From assembly GCF_963921235.1 (NCBI RefSeq), contig NC_086097.1, forward strand, positions 92,258,001 through 92,322,000: DNA of 64,000 nucleotides, in the 5' to 3' direction. Below, one piece after another: positions 12,589 to 24,392 of this stretch. Position 1 is the first letter of the stretch. Each line of letters opens with the position of its first letter. Origin of the DNA: Mobula hypostoma (Eukaryota). The position numbers and the translations under genes are program-made. A model generated the notes under the pieces. It saw only the letters and a list, made by a program, of their open reading frames with translations. It searched no databases and was not told where the DNA came from.

Positions 12589-13659
12589 CTGAGGAAAGAC
12601 ATCCCTGCCATAGAGGGAGTGCAAAGAAGGTTCACCAGATTGATTCCTGGGATGACAGGACTTTCATATGATGAAAGACTGGATTGACTAGGCTTATACT
12701 CGTTGGAATTTAGAAGATTGAGGGGGGATCTTATTGAAACATATAAAATCCTAAAAGGATTGGACAGGCTAGATGCAGGAAGATTGTTCCCGATGTTGGG
12801 GAAGTCCAGAACAAGGGGTCACAGTTTGAGGATTAAGGGGAAGCCTTTTAGGACCGAGATTAGGAAAAACTTCTTCACACAAAGAGTGGTGAATCTATGG
12901 AATTCTCTGCCACAGGAAACAGTTGAGGCCAGTTCATTGGCCATATTTAAGAGGGAGTTAGATATGGCCCTTGTGGCTAAAGGGATCAGGGGATATGGAG
13001 AGAAGGCTGGTACAGGGTTCTGAGTTGGATGATCAGCCATGATCATACTGAATGGCGGTGCAGCCTCGAAGGGCCGAATGGCCTACTCCTACACCTATTT
13101 TCTATGTTTCTATGTCAAAACATTCCAGAACTGTGAAGTTTTATCTGTTGCACCAAGAGTCAAAGGCTTCATCTAGGGGGAAGATGGGGAGGGTGAGGGG
13201 TGGGGGGTGGAGGGGTTGGAGCGAGGAGGCTCTGAATTTAAATGAAGAAAATTATGAATGGAACGTTGTTCATTGAGATTGGAGAACTTAATTTAAAGAG
13301 TTGATTGGGTAATTAATTCCAAGCCTTCTCCCCATCATCAATTCAGTCAAGATTGATGGGGAAAATGCCAGAGTCTGTGTTACTGAGCATTTGGAGGAGA
13401 GTGGTCACATCAGGCAATATCAACGGGGATTCATGCTTGACAAAGCTGTTGGAATTTCCTGAGCATGTAACTCTGTAGTATTGATGAGGGTGAGCTAGTG
13501 AATGTTGCGTTCCTTCTGAACCTGCTTGACGCTTCAGAAAACTTCTGATAAATTCCCTGTGGGATTAGAGGTAATTTATTGATATTGCTAGAGAGCTGGA
13601 AAACAGTAAGAGGTAAAAGGCCAGACTGAATAGAAAAGGAGAGAGAGAGGGATTTTTTC

Positions 13660-14008
13660 TATTATAACCGGAAGGAGAAATTGATATTCATGCCATGAGG
13701 TTGGATTCCTATGGTCTCACCTGCCTATCACTTCCCCAGGTTCCCCTCCTCCTTCCCTTTCTTCTATGGTCTGCTCTCCTCTCCTATCAGATTCCTTCTT
13801 CTCCAGCACTTCACATTTTCCATACACTTGGCTTCACCTATCACCTTCCAGCTAGCCTCCTTCCCCTCTCCCCCCCCCCACCTTTTTAATTCTGGCGACT
13901 TCTCCCTTCCTTTTCAGTCCTGAAGAAGGGTCTCAGCCCGAAACGTCGACTACTTATTTATTTTCATAGATGCTGCCTGACCTGCTGAGTTCCTCCAGCA
14001 TTTTGTTG
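13660..14008 (+). mobile_element. Older Penelope-like 3' tail with a short inverted GIY-YIG-end fragment at its left side
   Basis: Pyrimidine-rich UTR, hammerhead motif, GATGCTGCCTGACCTGCTGAGTTCCTCCAGC tail. 13665-13705 is the reverse complement of the endonuclease end (QPHGMNINFS). Confidence 0.7.
13916..13951 (+). ncRNA. Minimal type-I hammerhead ribozyme motif
   Basis: AGTC-CTGAAGA-AGGGTCTCAGCCC-GAAAC-GTC-GACT. Confidence 0.7.
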
Positions 14009-14129
14009 TTGAATAGGATTAAGTGCTTTATTCCCCTCCCACCAAGTCTCAGACAACAACTAGGGTGGAAAATAGAATGGAATTTATAGCAAAATGACAG
14101 AAGTAACTTTAAATAGTATTATATCCAAC

Positions 14130-14725
14130 ATGAAGTATAAAAAGTCCAGCTGAAGCGGTAAACCCTGAAATTGACAGCAGATTGGAGTACAGGAAAAGAA
14201 GATGAAGGGATCGTTTAGAAAGGAGAAAATTGGGAATGAGAGTAAGCTTGTAGAGAATGTAAAAACTGAGTTTAAAAGTTTCCGTAGGTATGTGAAGAGA
14301 AAAAAAAGATTAGTGTCGGTCTTCACAGTCAAAAGCTTGGAAATTTATAGTAGGCAACAAAAAGGTAGAACAATTAAATACATATTGACAATATAAATAA
14401 CATTTCTGAGAGGTTTAGGAACACAGTCTAGTGAGTTGGAGGAAGTAAATGAAATCAGTATTAGCAGGGAAATATGTTGAGTAAATTAAAAGGATTACAG
14501 ACCAATAAGCGCCAAGGCCCAAGAGCTTGTATTTCAGAATATCCAGTTAACACTGAACACCCCAGATACAGTAAATGCTTTGATGATCATTTTCCTACAT
14601 TCTTTATACTCTGGAGCCATCATTGGATTGAAACCCCAATAGTTAAAAAATGAGGTGGGAAGAAAGCCAGGAATTATGGATCAATTCACCTGAGATTAGT
14701 GATGGGAAAATGGCAGAGTCCATGT
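14130..14725 (+). mobile_element. Old CR1 ORF2 fragment
   Basis: KLVENVKTEFKSFRRYVKRKK, homologous to the 4846-5265 CR1 region. Confidence 0.65.
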
Positions 14726-14989
14726 AAAAGAGCACTTCATCATCCCCTTGGAAGTGATGAATTACTGATTAAGTCCCCAGAACTAGACCCCAATACCTCA
14801 TCGTGCAAATAGATCCCTGATTTTCTCACTTGCAGATGTCAGTCAGTTCAGATTGGCAACATTTCCTACACAGTCATCATCAGCACCGATGCACCACAAG
14901 GCTGGGAGCCTAGCCCCTGCTCTACTTTGCTTTATACTAATGATTGCAAGTACTGTTCCAATGCCATATTTAAGTTTGCTGGTGTTGTT

Positions 14990-16520
14990 TCATATGACAG
15001 GTGTTTTTCTCTTCGCACTTCTAGTTGTTGTTTGCCAAGCCACTCCTCCAACTTGTGGCTGCATCGATGGGCCGTCTCTCAGCAAAGCCGTCTCAGGTCT
15101 TGGTGACAGGGCATGTTTGGACCAGAAGGAGGATGTCCTGGGTTGGGGCACCACAGGGGCAAGCTGGGGTTTGTTGGGCCTCCCCATCGGTGTAGTGTTT
15201 ACGCTGTTTTGTCATGTCAACATCTGAGTCAATTTGCACCTGTCCAGTTTTTTTTCTAGTAGCTGTAGCAAAGCTCGGGAGGAAGGAGGTGGGGTCATCG
15301 ATCAGATCTCTGCTGGGGGTGTGGGGGGGGTGAAGACACATATTGGTGTGCCAGTATTGGCGCTATTCAGTTTGTTCATCATAGGAATCAAGGTTTTTCA
15401 AGTCGTAGAAAGGTTTTCAAGATCTGAGTTGGGAAATTTGAGGAGTATTTTCGATGAGTTTATGAACTGGAACATTATTGAGCATATTTTGGATACACTT
15501 GTAAGTTTTCCTGAAGCTACTCTTCTACAGATCTCCGGGGGTACTATTCCACTCATTGTTGGGAGACAATGGACAGGTGTGGATCTTAGGGCTGCTGAGA
15601 TTATCTTCATAGAAGTATGGAACAGTGTATCGATGATGCTTGTGTGAACACTTCTCTCCCAGGTGGGTGCGCAATATTCAGTGACTGAGAAACACAGCGC
15701 CAGGCTAGATGTTCATAGGACTGACTGGTTAGCACCCCATTTGGTTCCTTGTATCTTCCTAATCATGGTCTTTCTGAATTTTAGTTTCTTTGCAACATTT
15801 TGAAGATGGACCTTGAAGAGAGTTTGATTTAGTGTGACTCCTAAGTATGTTGGGTGTGGATCGTTGGGTAGTTGTTTGTCATTTAATTTGATATCAAGTT
15901 TAAGTTTGATTAGTCGGTTCGCCAGATGAAATATGGAAGTTACTTTGTTGTTGATGTTCATATTTAGGTACCACTTTGAGAAGTAATTGGACAGAGAGTT
16001 GATATCTTGGGTAAGGTTTTTTCAATGGATTTGACATAGTTCGATTGGAAGGCAATGGCCCAGTCATCAGCATATCCAAATTAAGCAGATTTGGTTTCAG
16101 GGAGGTCACTGACGTACAGACTGACCAAGGTTGAAACCAGAACTGACTTTTGCAGGACGCCATTGCAGAGTTTCATAGTGAGACTAGTGTCACTTTCTAG
16201 GCAGGTGAAGAAAGGACAAGTGCCTGCCATTCTGGGGAGGAGACATAGGATCTTTTTACATGGGATGATTCGGGCTAGTTTTAACATTAAGCCTTATTTT
16301 TAATATTTAATATTTGAAATCCAGGGAGTGGGAACGCAGAATCAAATATCGCTGTGACGATTGTACATTCTAGTACCAATTGTTTGGCGACAATAAAGTA
16401 AAGTATAGTTCCAAATGGTGTCGTATGCAGCAGAAAAGTTGCTCCAGTTTTCTTTTTTAGTTCAAAGCCTGATTCGATGTATGATGTGAGTGCGGGAACT
16501 TGATCATTGGTATTGTGGTG
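14990..16520 (-). mobile_element. 5'-truncated Vingi/Ingi-like (I-group) LINE, decayed RT and C-terminus
   Basis: AAYDTIW, YVSDLPET..FGYADD, PTYLGVTL, WGANQSVL.TSSLALCFSVTEYCAPTW, LRSTP..LP..SGIVPP, terminal CPCG...CP. Confidence 0.65.
16296..16407 (+). mobile_element. Short Rex1/Babar 3'-UTR insertion inside the Vingi-like element
   Basis: Matches the reverse complement of the 3' end of the 29962-31540 element (TTCTAGTACCAATTGTTTGG..ACAATAAAGTA). Confidence 0.75.
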
Positions 16521-16529
16521 TTGTTTGAA

Positions 16530-17790
16530 ATAATCTTGCTCACTTCACTGGTATTGGCCAAATCAAAGGTGGTATTGAATCGGCTTATAAGAGGGAGATT
16601 GAAAATCTGGTGAAATGATACCACAACCTTTCAGTCAACATTGGCATTAGGGGATTAGATGTAGAGTGGGTCAGTAACTTTAAATTCCTTGCCATTATCA
16701 TTTCAGAGGATCTGTCCTGGGACCAGCACACAAGTGCCATCACAAAGGCATGGCAGCACCTCTACATCCTTAGAAGGTTGTGCAAATTGAGCATGTTATC
16801 TAAAACTTTGAAAAACTTATATAGGTACACAGTGGGGAGTATCCTAACTGGTTGCATCATGGCTTGGTATGGAAAGCCCAAGAATGGAAAGTCTTACAAA
16901 AACTAGTGGATAAAGCCCTCCCCACCACTGAGCAGATGTATAAGGAGCACTGCCACAAGAAAGCAACATCCATCATCAATGACCCCCACCATCCAGGCCA
17001 TGCTCTCTTCTCAGTCCTACCATCAGGAAGAAGGTATAGGAGCCTTAGGTCCCACACCAGGTTCAGGAACAATTATTACCCTTCGGCCATCAGGGTCCTG
17101 AACCAGCGAGGATAACTTCATTCACCTCAACACTGAAATGACCTCACGACCTATGGCCACACTTTCAAGGACTCTACATCTCAAGTTCACGTCACCATCA
17201 TCATGTGCTGTGTTGTATGACATGAGTGATCATGGTCTTTCCATGACCGTGATTGTTCTTGGCAAATTTTTCTACGCAAGTGGTTTGCCATTGCCTTCTT
17301 CTGGGCAGTGTCTTTACAAGATGGGTGACCCCAGCCGTTATCAATACTCTTCAGAGATTACCTGCTTGGCGTCAGTGGTCAGTGGTCGCATAACCAGGAC
17401 TTGTGATATGCACCAGCTGCTCCCATAGCTTCATGTGACCCTGACTGTGCAATTGGGGGTGGGGGAGGGGAACAGTTGGACTAATCAGGTGCTACACCTT
17501 GCCCAAGGGTGACCCGCAGGCTAGCAGAGGGAAGTAGCACCTCACACCTCCTTTGGTAGAGACGTATCTCCACCCCGCTACCCTCATGTTCACGGTATTA
17601 CTTTTTTTTTGTATTTGCATAGTTTGTCTTCTTTTGCATGTTTATTGTTTGTCAGTCTTTGTGTGTAGTTTTCCCATTGATTCTGTTACGTTCCTTTGTT
17701 GCCTTGTGAATGCCTTCAAGGAAATTATTCTCAGGGTAGTATATGGAGGTATATACACAATTTGATGATAAATTTACTTTGAACTTTGAG
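16530..17790 (+). mobile_element. Rex1/Babar-like LINE 3' portion (interrupted at 17192-17583)
   Basis: FKFL..IISEDLSW, SIINDPHHPGHALFSVLPSGRRYRSL, tail (TTGAACT)n. Confidence 0.75.
17192..17583 (-). mobile_element. Non-autonomous RTE-related short element (BovB/Bov-A-like 3' tail)
   Basis: Minus strand has AGAAGGCAATGGCAAACCACT and a (TGA)n-like tail. TSD TCA(A/T)GTTCACG at 17181-17191 and 17584-17594. Confidence 0.7.
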
Positions 17791-18508
17791 TATTCAGAAA
17801 ACATTTGATAAAATCTATATAGTATTAGGGGTAATTTACTGAAATAAATAGAGAATTGGTTGTGTCATTAGAAAAACAGTACGAATAAAAGTGGTTTTCT
17901 CCCCACAGACCCCAGACCAGAATGGAGTTGGTTCTGCACTGTACACAATATATATTACTGGTTTTTGACCAAGGAACTAAATGTAATATCTCAAGGGGTG
18001 TAAACAGCGCAAAGTCAGATGGGAGGATGAGCCTTGAGGTTGCAGAGAACTCTATGTCAGACAGTACAGTGTGGATAAATGGGAGGTTATCCACTTTTGG
18101 TGGCGACATCAGGAAGGCGGGTTATCTGTCAGGTGATAGATTGGGAATGGGGAAGTGCAACAAGACCGATGTACTTGTAAACCCGTCGCTGAAGTGTGCA
18201 AATGCAGCAGGCAGATAAAGCAGAAGATGATATGCCAGTTTTCATAGCAAGAAAATTCAAATTCATTGTTGTTATAGATATACAGATGTATAAATACCAT
18301 GAAAATTGACTACTTACAGCAAGACAGTATATTACATGGACAAACACAAGTTAACAAAGTTGATTTAACATATTTGAATGGGTATCCATCATTAAAGACC
18401 CCCATCACCCAGGTCACTTTTCTCATTGCTACCATCAGGAAGGAGATACAGAAGCCTGAAGGCACACACTCAATGATTCAGTAACAGCTTCTTCCCCTCT
18501 GCCATCTG

Positions 18509-18732
18509 GGCACGTGGCTAAGTGGTTAAGGTGTTCGTCTGGTTACCTCAAGGTTGCTAGTTCGAACCTCAGCTGTGGCAGCATGTTTGTGTCCTTCAGC
18601 AAGGCACTTAATCACACATTGCTCTAGTCTGTGCGAGGAGTGGTGCCCCACACAGACTTCCAATCTGCGCCTTGTAAGGCATGAAAATGCCTGACGCAGG
18701 CCTCTCATGGTCTGAGTCGACGTTCCCTCCCC
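18509..18732 (+). mobile_element. tRNA-derived SINE with CORE-like segment
   Basis: A box TGGCTAAGTGG, B box GTTCGAACC, TGTGTCCTTCAGCAAGGCACTTAA, (TCCCC)n tail. 16-bp TSD TCCCCTCTGCCATCTG at 18493-18508 and 18733-18748. Confidence 0.85.
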
Positions 18733-19437
18733 TCCCCTCTGCCATCTGATTTCTGAATGGACATTGAACCCATGAACACTACCTCACTACTCTACTTTTG
18801 TATCTCTTTTTGCAGTACACACACACACACACACACACTGAGTGCTAACATAGCACAAACACAACTTACCAACCCTAACCCGCACCCCTTCAGAATGTGG
18901 GAGGAAACCAGAGCATCCAAAGGAAGGGATAGATATCATTCTTCAGGTTAGAGGAAGAAGGGATATGAGAAGTATTTTGGGTACTGAATTTGGTTGAGCT
19001 GCTATGCTCACATGCAGTAATGGAACAGACTTGAAAGGGCTGAATGGCTTACTCCTGCTATTTTCCTGTTTTATTAATTTCTATGTTTGGAGACATCAGA
19101 AAGTGCTATACTGTGAAGGATAGGGAAAATTTTAATGGCCCTGTCAGGAATGTGTTATGGTCAGATGTGTGGCATTTATCAAGGTGCAATACTGTATACG
19201 TATATAAGACTTTAACAAGGAGATGCAAGTCTGTATAGTATGTTCGTGTTTTCATATTTTCTTTGCATTTGGCTCATCAAGTCCATGCCAGCTCAGAGCA
19301 ATCACTTCCCAAATTAATTCTGCCTGTAACCCGTTCTCCCCACATTCACGTCAAGTCTCTCACAGGGACATTATATACCGGCCAATTAACTTACTAACCT
19401 GCAGGTCTTTGGGAAATGGGAGGAAATTGGATCATCG

Positions 19438-21630
19438 ATTTTTACATTATCATGGAAAAGGATAGAATCAGAGAGGACAGGAAAATTTTTAATTGGGGAA
19501 GGACAAATTATAAGACTATAAGGCTAGAACTTGCAGGTGTGAATTGGGATGATGTTTTTGCAGGGGAATGTACTATGGCCATGTGGTCAATGTTTAGGGA
19601 TCTCTCGCTGGATGTTAGGGATAAATTTGTCCCGGTGAGGAAGATAAAGAATGGTAGGGTGAAGGAACCATGGGTGACTAGTGAGGTGGAAAATCTAGTC
19701 AGGTGGAAGAAAGCAGCATACATGAGGTTTAGGAAGCAAGGATCAGATGGGTCTATTGAGGAATATAGGGAAGCAAGAAAGGAGCTAAAGAAGGGGCTGA
19801 GAAGAGCAAGAAGGGGGCATGAGAAGGCCTTGGCGAGTAGGGTAAAGGAAAACCCCAAGGCATTCTTCAATTATGTGAAGAACAAAATGATAACAGGAGT
19901 GAAGGTAGGACCAATTAGAGATAAAGGTGGGAAGATGTGCCTGGAGGCAGTGGAAGTGAGTAAGGTCCTCAATGAATACTTCTCTTTGGTACTCACCAAT
20001 GAGAGGGAACTTGATGAAGGTGAGGACAATATGAGTGAGGTTGATGTTCTGGAGCATGTTGATATTAAGGGAGAGGAGGTGTTGGAGTTCTTAAAATACA
20101 TTAGGACGGATAATTCCCCAGGGCCTGAATGAATATTCACCAGGCTGCTCCACGAGGCGAGGGAAGAGATTGCTGTGCCTCTGGCTAGGATCTTTATGTC
20201 CTCGTTGTCCACAGGAATAGTACCGGAGGATTGGAGGGAGGTGAATGTTGTCCCCTTGTTCAAAAAAGGTAGTAGGAATAGTCCGGGTAATTATATACCA
20301 GTGAACCTTGCATCCGTGGGGGGAAAGCTGTAGGAAAAGATTCTTAGAGATAGGACCTATGGGCATTTAGAGAATCATGGTCTGATCAGGGGCGGTCAGC
20401 ATGGCTTTGTGAAGGGCAGATCATGTCTAACAAGCCTGACAGAGTTCTTTGAGGAGGTGACCAGGCATATAGATGAGGGTAGTGCAGTGGATGTGATCTA
20501 CATGGATTTTAGTAAGGCATTTGACAAGGTTCCACACAGTAGGCTTATTCAGAAAGTCAGAAGGTATGGGATCCAGGGAAGTTTGGCCAGGTGGATTCTG
20601 AATTGGCTTGCCTGCAGAAGGCGGAGGGTCATGGTGGAGGGAGTACATTCGGATTGGAGGGTTGTGACTAGTGGTGTCCACTACTTTTCATGATTTTTAT
20701 TAACGACCTGGATGTGGGGTTAGAAGGGTGGGTTGGCAAGTTTGCAGACGACACAAAGTTTGGTGGTGTTGCAGATAGTGTAGAGGATTCTCGAAGATTG
20801 CAGAGAGACATTGATAGGTTGTAGAAGTGGCCTGAAAAGTGGCAGATGGAGTTCAATCCGGAGAAATGTGAGGTGGTACACTTTGGAAGGACAAACTCCA
20901 AGGCAGAGTACAAAGTAAATGGCAAGATACTTGGTGGAGTGGAGGAGCAGAGGGATCTGGGGGTACATGTCCATAGATCCCTAAAAGTTGCCTCACAGGT
21001 GGATAGGGTAGTTAAGAAAGCTTCTGGGGTGTTAGCTTTCATAAGTCGAGGGATAGAGTTTAAGAGTCATAGGGAATGATGCAGCTCTATAAAACTCTGG
21101 TTAGGCCACACTTGGAGTATTGTGTCCAGTTCTGGTCACCTCACTATAGGAAGGATGTGGAAGCATTGGAAAGGGTACAGAGGAGATTTACCAGGATGCT
21201 GCCTGGTTTAGAGAGTATGCATTATGATCAGAGATTAAGGGAGCTAGGGCTTTACTCTTTGGAGAGAAGGAGGATGAGAGGAGACATGATAGAGGTGTAC
21301 AAGATATTAAGTGGAATAGATAGAGTGGACAGTCAACACCTCTTCCCCAGGGCACCACTGCTCAGTACAAGAGGACATGGCTTTAAGGTAAGGGGTGGGA
21401 AGTTCAAGGGAGATATTAGAGGAAGGTTTTTTACTCAGAGAGTGGTTGGTGCGTGGAATGCACTGCCTGAGTCAGTGGTGGAGGCAGATACACTAGTGAA
21501 GTTTAAGAGACTACTAGACAGGTATATGGAGGAATTTAAGGTGGGGGGGGTATATGGGAGGTAGAGTTTGAGGGTTGGCACAACATTGTGGGCCGAAGGG
21601 CCTGTACTGAGCTGTACTATTCTGTTCTAT
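19438..21630 (+). mobile_element. 5'-truncated CR1 LINE inserted into a minus-strand V-SINE
   Basis: ENPKAFFNYVK, YMDFSKAFDKVPH, FADD, LEYCVQFWSP, FFTQRVVGAWNALP. Small deletion at about 20680 removes QGSVLG. V-SINE halves at about 19270-19435 and 21631-21715. Confidence 0.9.
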
Positions 21631-22069
21631 TGAGAAAAGCCACAAGTCACAGGGAGAACTCCACACAGACAGCAAAAGTCAGGATTGAACTTGGTACCTG
21701 GCAGTGACTCTACCTCACGAGCTCTGGTTTGCCGTATCCCTAACCTTCCCGTGTGGTCGGTCAGTCAACTGGATGCTGCAGTGTGCATGAGTGATCAAAT
21801 CTTGGGGTGGGAGAGGGAGTTCATCAGAATGCAAAGAGACTAAACAACAGCATTAAAGTAGAATTAGTGTAAATGGACAGATTGCCAGTGTGGACTGAAT
21901 TTTTTTCATGTTGATTCTATGTTGGCCTTTCAGTTTGACTCCATGAATCAAACCAGTTTTGTTTTACAAAGGACCGCTGGTGAATGATCTTCTCCACAGT
22001 GATCCTGAGCAAGACTGCTCTCCGCTGACTCTTCCACATGAACGAAGCTTTAACAAAGAGCATCTTTAA

Positions 22070-22262
22070 GGGTGGAACAGTCTCACAGCTCCAGTGACCT
22101 GGGTTCAATCCTGACCGTGGGTGCTGTGAGGCTTGAGTTTGTATGATCATGTGGGTTTTCACATTTGTTTTGGTCTCCTCCCATAGACAAAAGATGTGTG
22201 GGTTGGGAGGTCCATTGGCGCTGTAAATTGCCTGTGCTGTATGGTTGAGTGGTAGAATCTGG
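22070..22262 (+). mobile_element. V-SINE
   Basis: GGTTCAATCC B box and V-domain (CTCCTCCCATAGACAAAAGATGTG...TAAATTGCC). Confidence 0.65.
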
Positions 22263-22296
22263 AGTGGGGGGAATTGATGAGAAAGTGGAAAGAATA

Positions 22297-22831
22297 CATT
22301 CGGAGGCCACATTTTATTAGGCATATTCATTGTCTTTTGCTGCTGTAACACATCCACTTCAAGGTTTGATAATGTTGAGCGTTCAGGAATATTCTTCTGC
22401 ACACCGCCGTTGTAATGTCTGTTGAGTTACTATAACCTTCCTTGAACCCGTCTGGCCATTCTCCTCTGACCTCTCATTAACACTGCATTTTTGCCCACAG
22501 AACCACTGCTTATTGGATGTTTTTTGTTTTTTTTTGCTTTTTGCACCATTTTCTCTAAACTCTAGAGACCGTTAAGCATGAAAATCCCAGATCAGCAGTT
22601 TCTAAAATACTCAAACCACCCCATCAGGCACCAACATGGTCAAGTCACTTAGTAGAACAATCATTCCACAGTAAAAGTCACATTTATTTCCCATGCTGAT
22701 ATTTGGTCTAAACAACTGAATGTCTTCACCACAACTGCCTTGCTTTCATGCATTGAGTTGCTGCCACATGACTGGCTGACGAGATATTTGCATTAACAAA
22801 CAGGTGTACCTAATAAAGTGGACTCTGTGTG
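22297..22831. mobile_element. Non-autonomous Tc1/mariner-type element
   Basis: Imperfect TIRs (GGCCACATTTTATTAGG ... CCTAATAAAGTGGAC), flanked by TA on both sides. Confidence 0.65.
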
Positions 22832-23969
22832 TAGGTCAGAGAGAAAATTAGAGGGGATAGGTGTGCTCTTCAGTCTGCCAAAAACACAGTCGGCTGACTG
22901 GTCTCTCCAAATCCATAGATTCAGCGTTACAGAGCACAGAAACAGCCCTTTTGGCCTTCCTCAACCAAGCCAATCAAAATTCCTATGCTAATTTGATTGG
23001 CCTCTGTTTGACCCATATCCCTTTAAACCATTCCTGTTCAATGTCATAAGGAATTATGGAAATAAAAGTCTCCTAGCCAAATGGTGTGCGAATGTTTCTA
23101 AACATGCTATAAGATGAAGACCAAATAGTCAATTATGAAGTCTACGATTAGGTGTTCCTTTGATGTTGCTCACATTCTGCACCTCATGGCAGTGAAAGGA
23201 AAGCATTCAGACTCCTTGCCTTTGGCAAAGGTTAAATAGTAATAATCCTGAAATGGAATTTTAGCTCAAGTCTTGGCACAGTGATCTGCGGAATACCAGC
23301 GCAAGTGCCTGCAGCGTGCATAACAGATGCAAACCCAGGCTATCCTAAAGTTCCTGATGCCAAGGAAGTACCTTTGAATTCTTACAGTCTCTTGCACTTT
23401 GGTAAACAGAACAGTCACTTTTAGCAGCCCAGGGTCCTTCAGCCAGCAATGTACAATAACCAGGTAACCTGTTTTTGGGAAGTTAATACAGAAGTAATAC
23501 ATTGGCCTGGACACTGGCAAGAACTCCCACTGATCAAGTAGTTTATTTATTGTTGATCTGATGTAAATATTATTAAGAGATTTGCATTTATTGACCATCC
23601 ATAAATGCTCCTTCATGAAAGGAGACAGCTAAGCCAACCACACTGTGGGGACTGAAGGCACATACAATTTTGACTGGGTAAGAGTTCTTTTCCTGCAGAA
23701 AATTAGTGAAAAGAAATAGGTTTTTACAATAACCCAGTAATTTCATGCTCACCCTTCATATTAGCTTAATTAATTTGAATTTATATTCTATCAATTTCCA
23801 ACGTGGGATTCCAACTCATGTGCTTAGATTGACAAGATCCTGGGTACATTTCCAGTTACCCTACTGCTTGTCTATACCACAATTAGATCTGTATATTCAA
23901 TTGATAAAGGAGACACTGGAGGTCTCACTGGAAGGAATGGCCGACAGTGCAGCATTCTTTTCACAAGTA

Positions 23970-24392
23970 TAGGAAGTGCTGCAAACACTCAAGTCAGGCA
24001 GCATCTGTGGACAGGAGAATTTGGTACTGAGTCTTGAAGGCTTCTTATAGCTCTCTTGAGATATCATAATTGGCCAATTTGACATTGGCTTTTGTTTAAA
24101 TCTTCCCTAGCACACCCTGATCTGCTATTTGCAACACATTCTTTGTCGCAAGTCATCTCCTCAGCAGCCCTGGCTCCAAAATACCACAGGAAAGTTAGTC
24201 CATCCATCCCCTCCCTAATATCTTCAACTTCCAATGAACTTGTTTGTCCTCTGTCCCCGTTCTGATGGAAGGTCTTGGAGCTCCTATGTTAGCCAGCTCT
24301 CCCCTTCTGTCTATAGATGCTAGCTCACCTGTGGAGTTTTAAGCTACTTTGTTTTATTTTCTTTTAGATTTCCAGCATCTGCAGCCTTTTGT
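23970..24392. mobile_element. Old pair of inverted Penelope-like tails
   Basis: CAGGCAGCATCTGTGGA at left; ATAGATGCTAGCTCACCTG...AGATTTCCAGCATCTGCAG at right. Confidence 0.5.

Larger units (their letters stand above)
4602..13111 (+). mobile_element. 5'-truncated CR1 LINE (ORF2 EN end, RT, 3' UTR) split by an L1 (5688-11632) and a Penelope hairpin (12465-12588)
   Basis: Motifs SDHN, KSPGPDGLHPR, NYRPVSLTS, VYLDFQKVFDKVPH, QGSVLGP, (S)ADD, FFTQRVVNLWNSLP. Tail TTTCTATGTTTCTAT. The reading frame rejoins across the L1 (GAGTCAGTTATC / AAAGATGTG). Possible TSD ATGTCA at 4596-4601 and 13112-13117. Confidence 0.92.

Noticed and set aside
17470..17583. HDV-like ribozyme at the head of the RTE-related element
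   Set aside because: A P1-like pairing is possible, but I could not place P3/L3 adjacent to P1' or a convincing J4/2.
18509..18580. tRNA gene
   Set aside because: A and B boxes are present, but this is the head of a TSD-flanked SINE without a complete cloverleaf.
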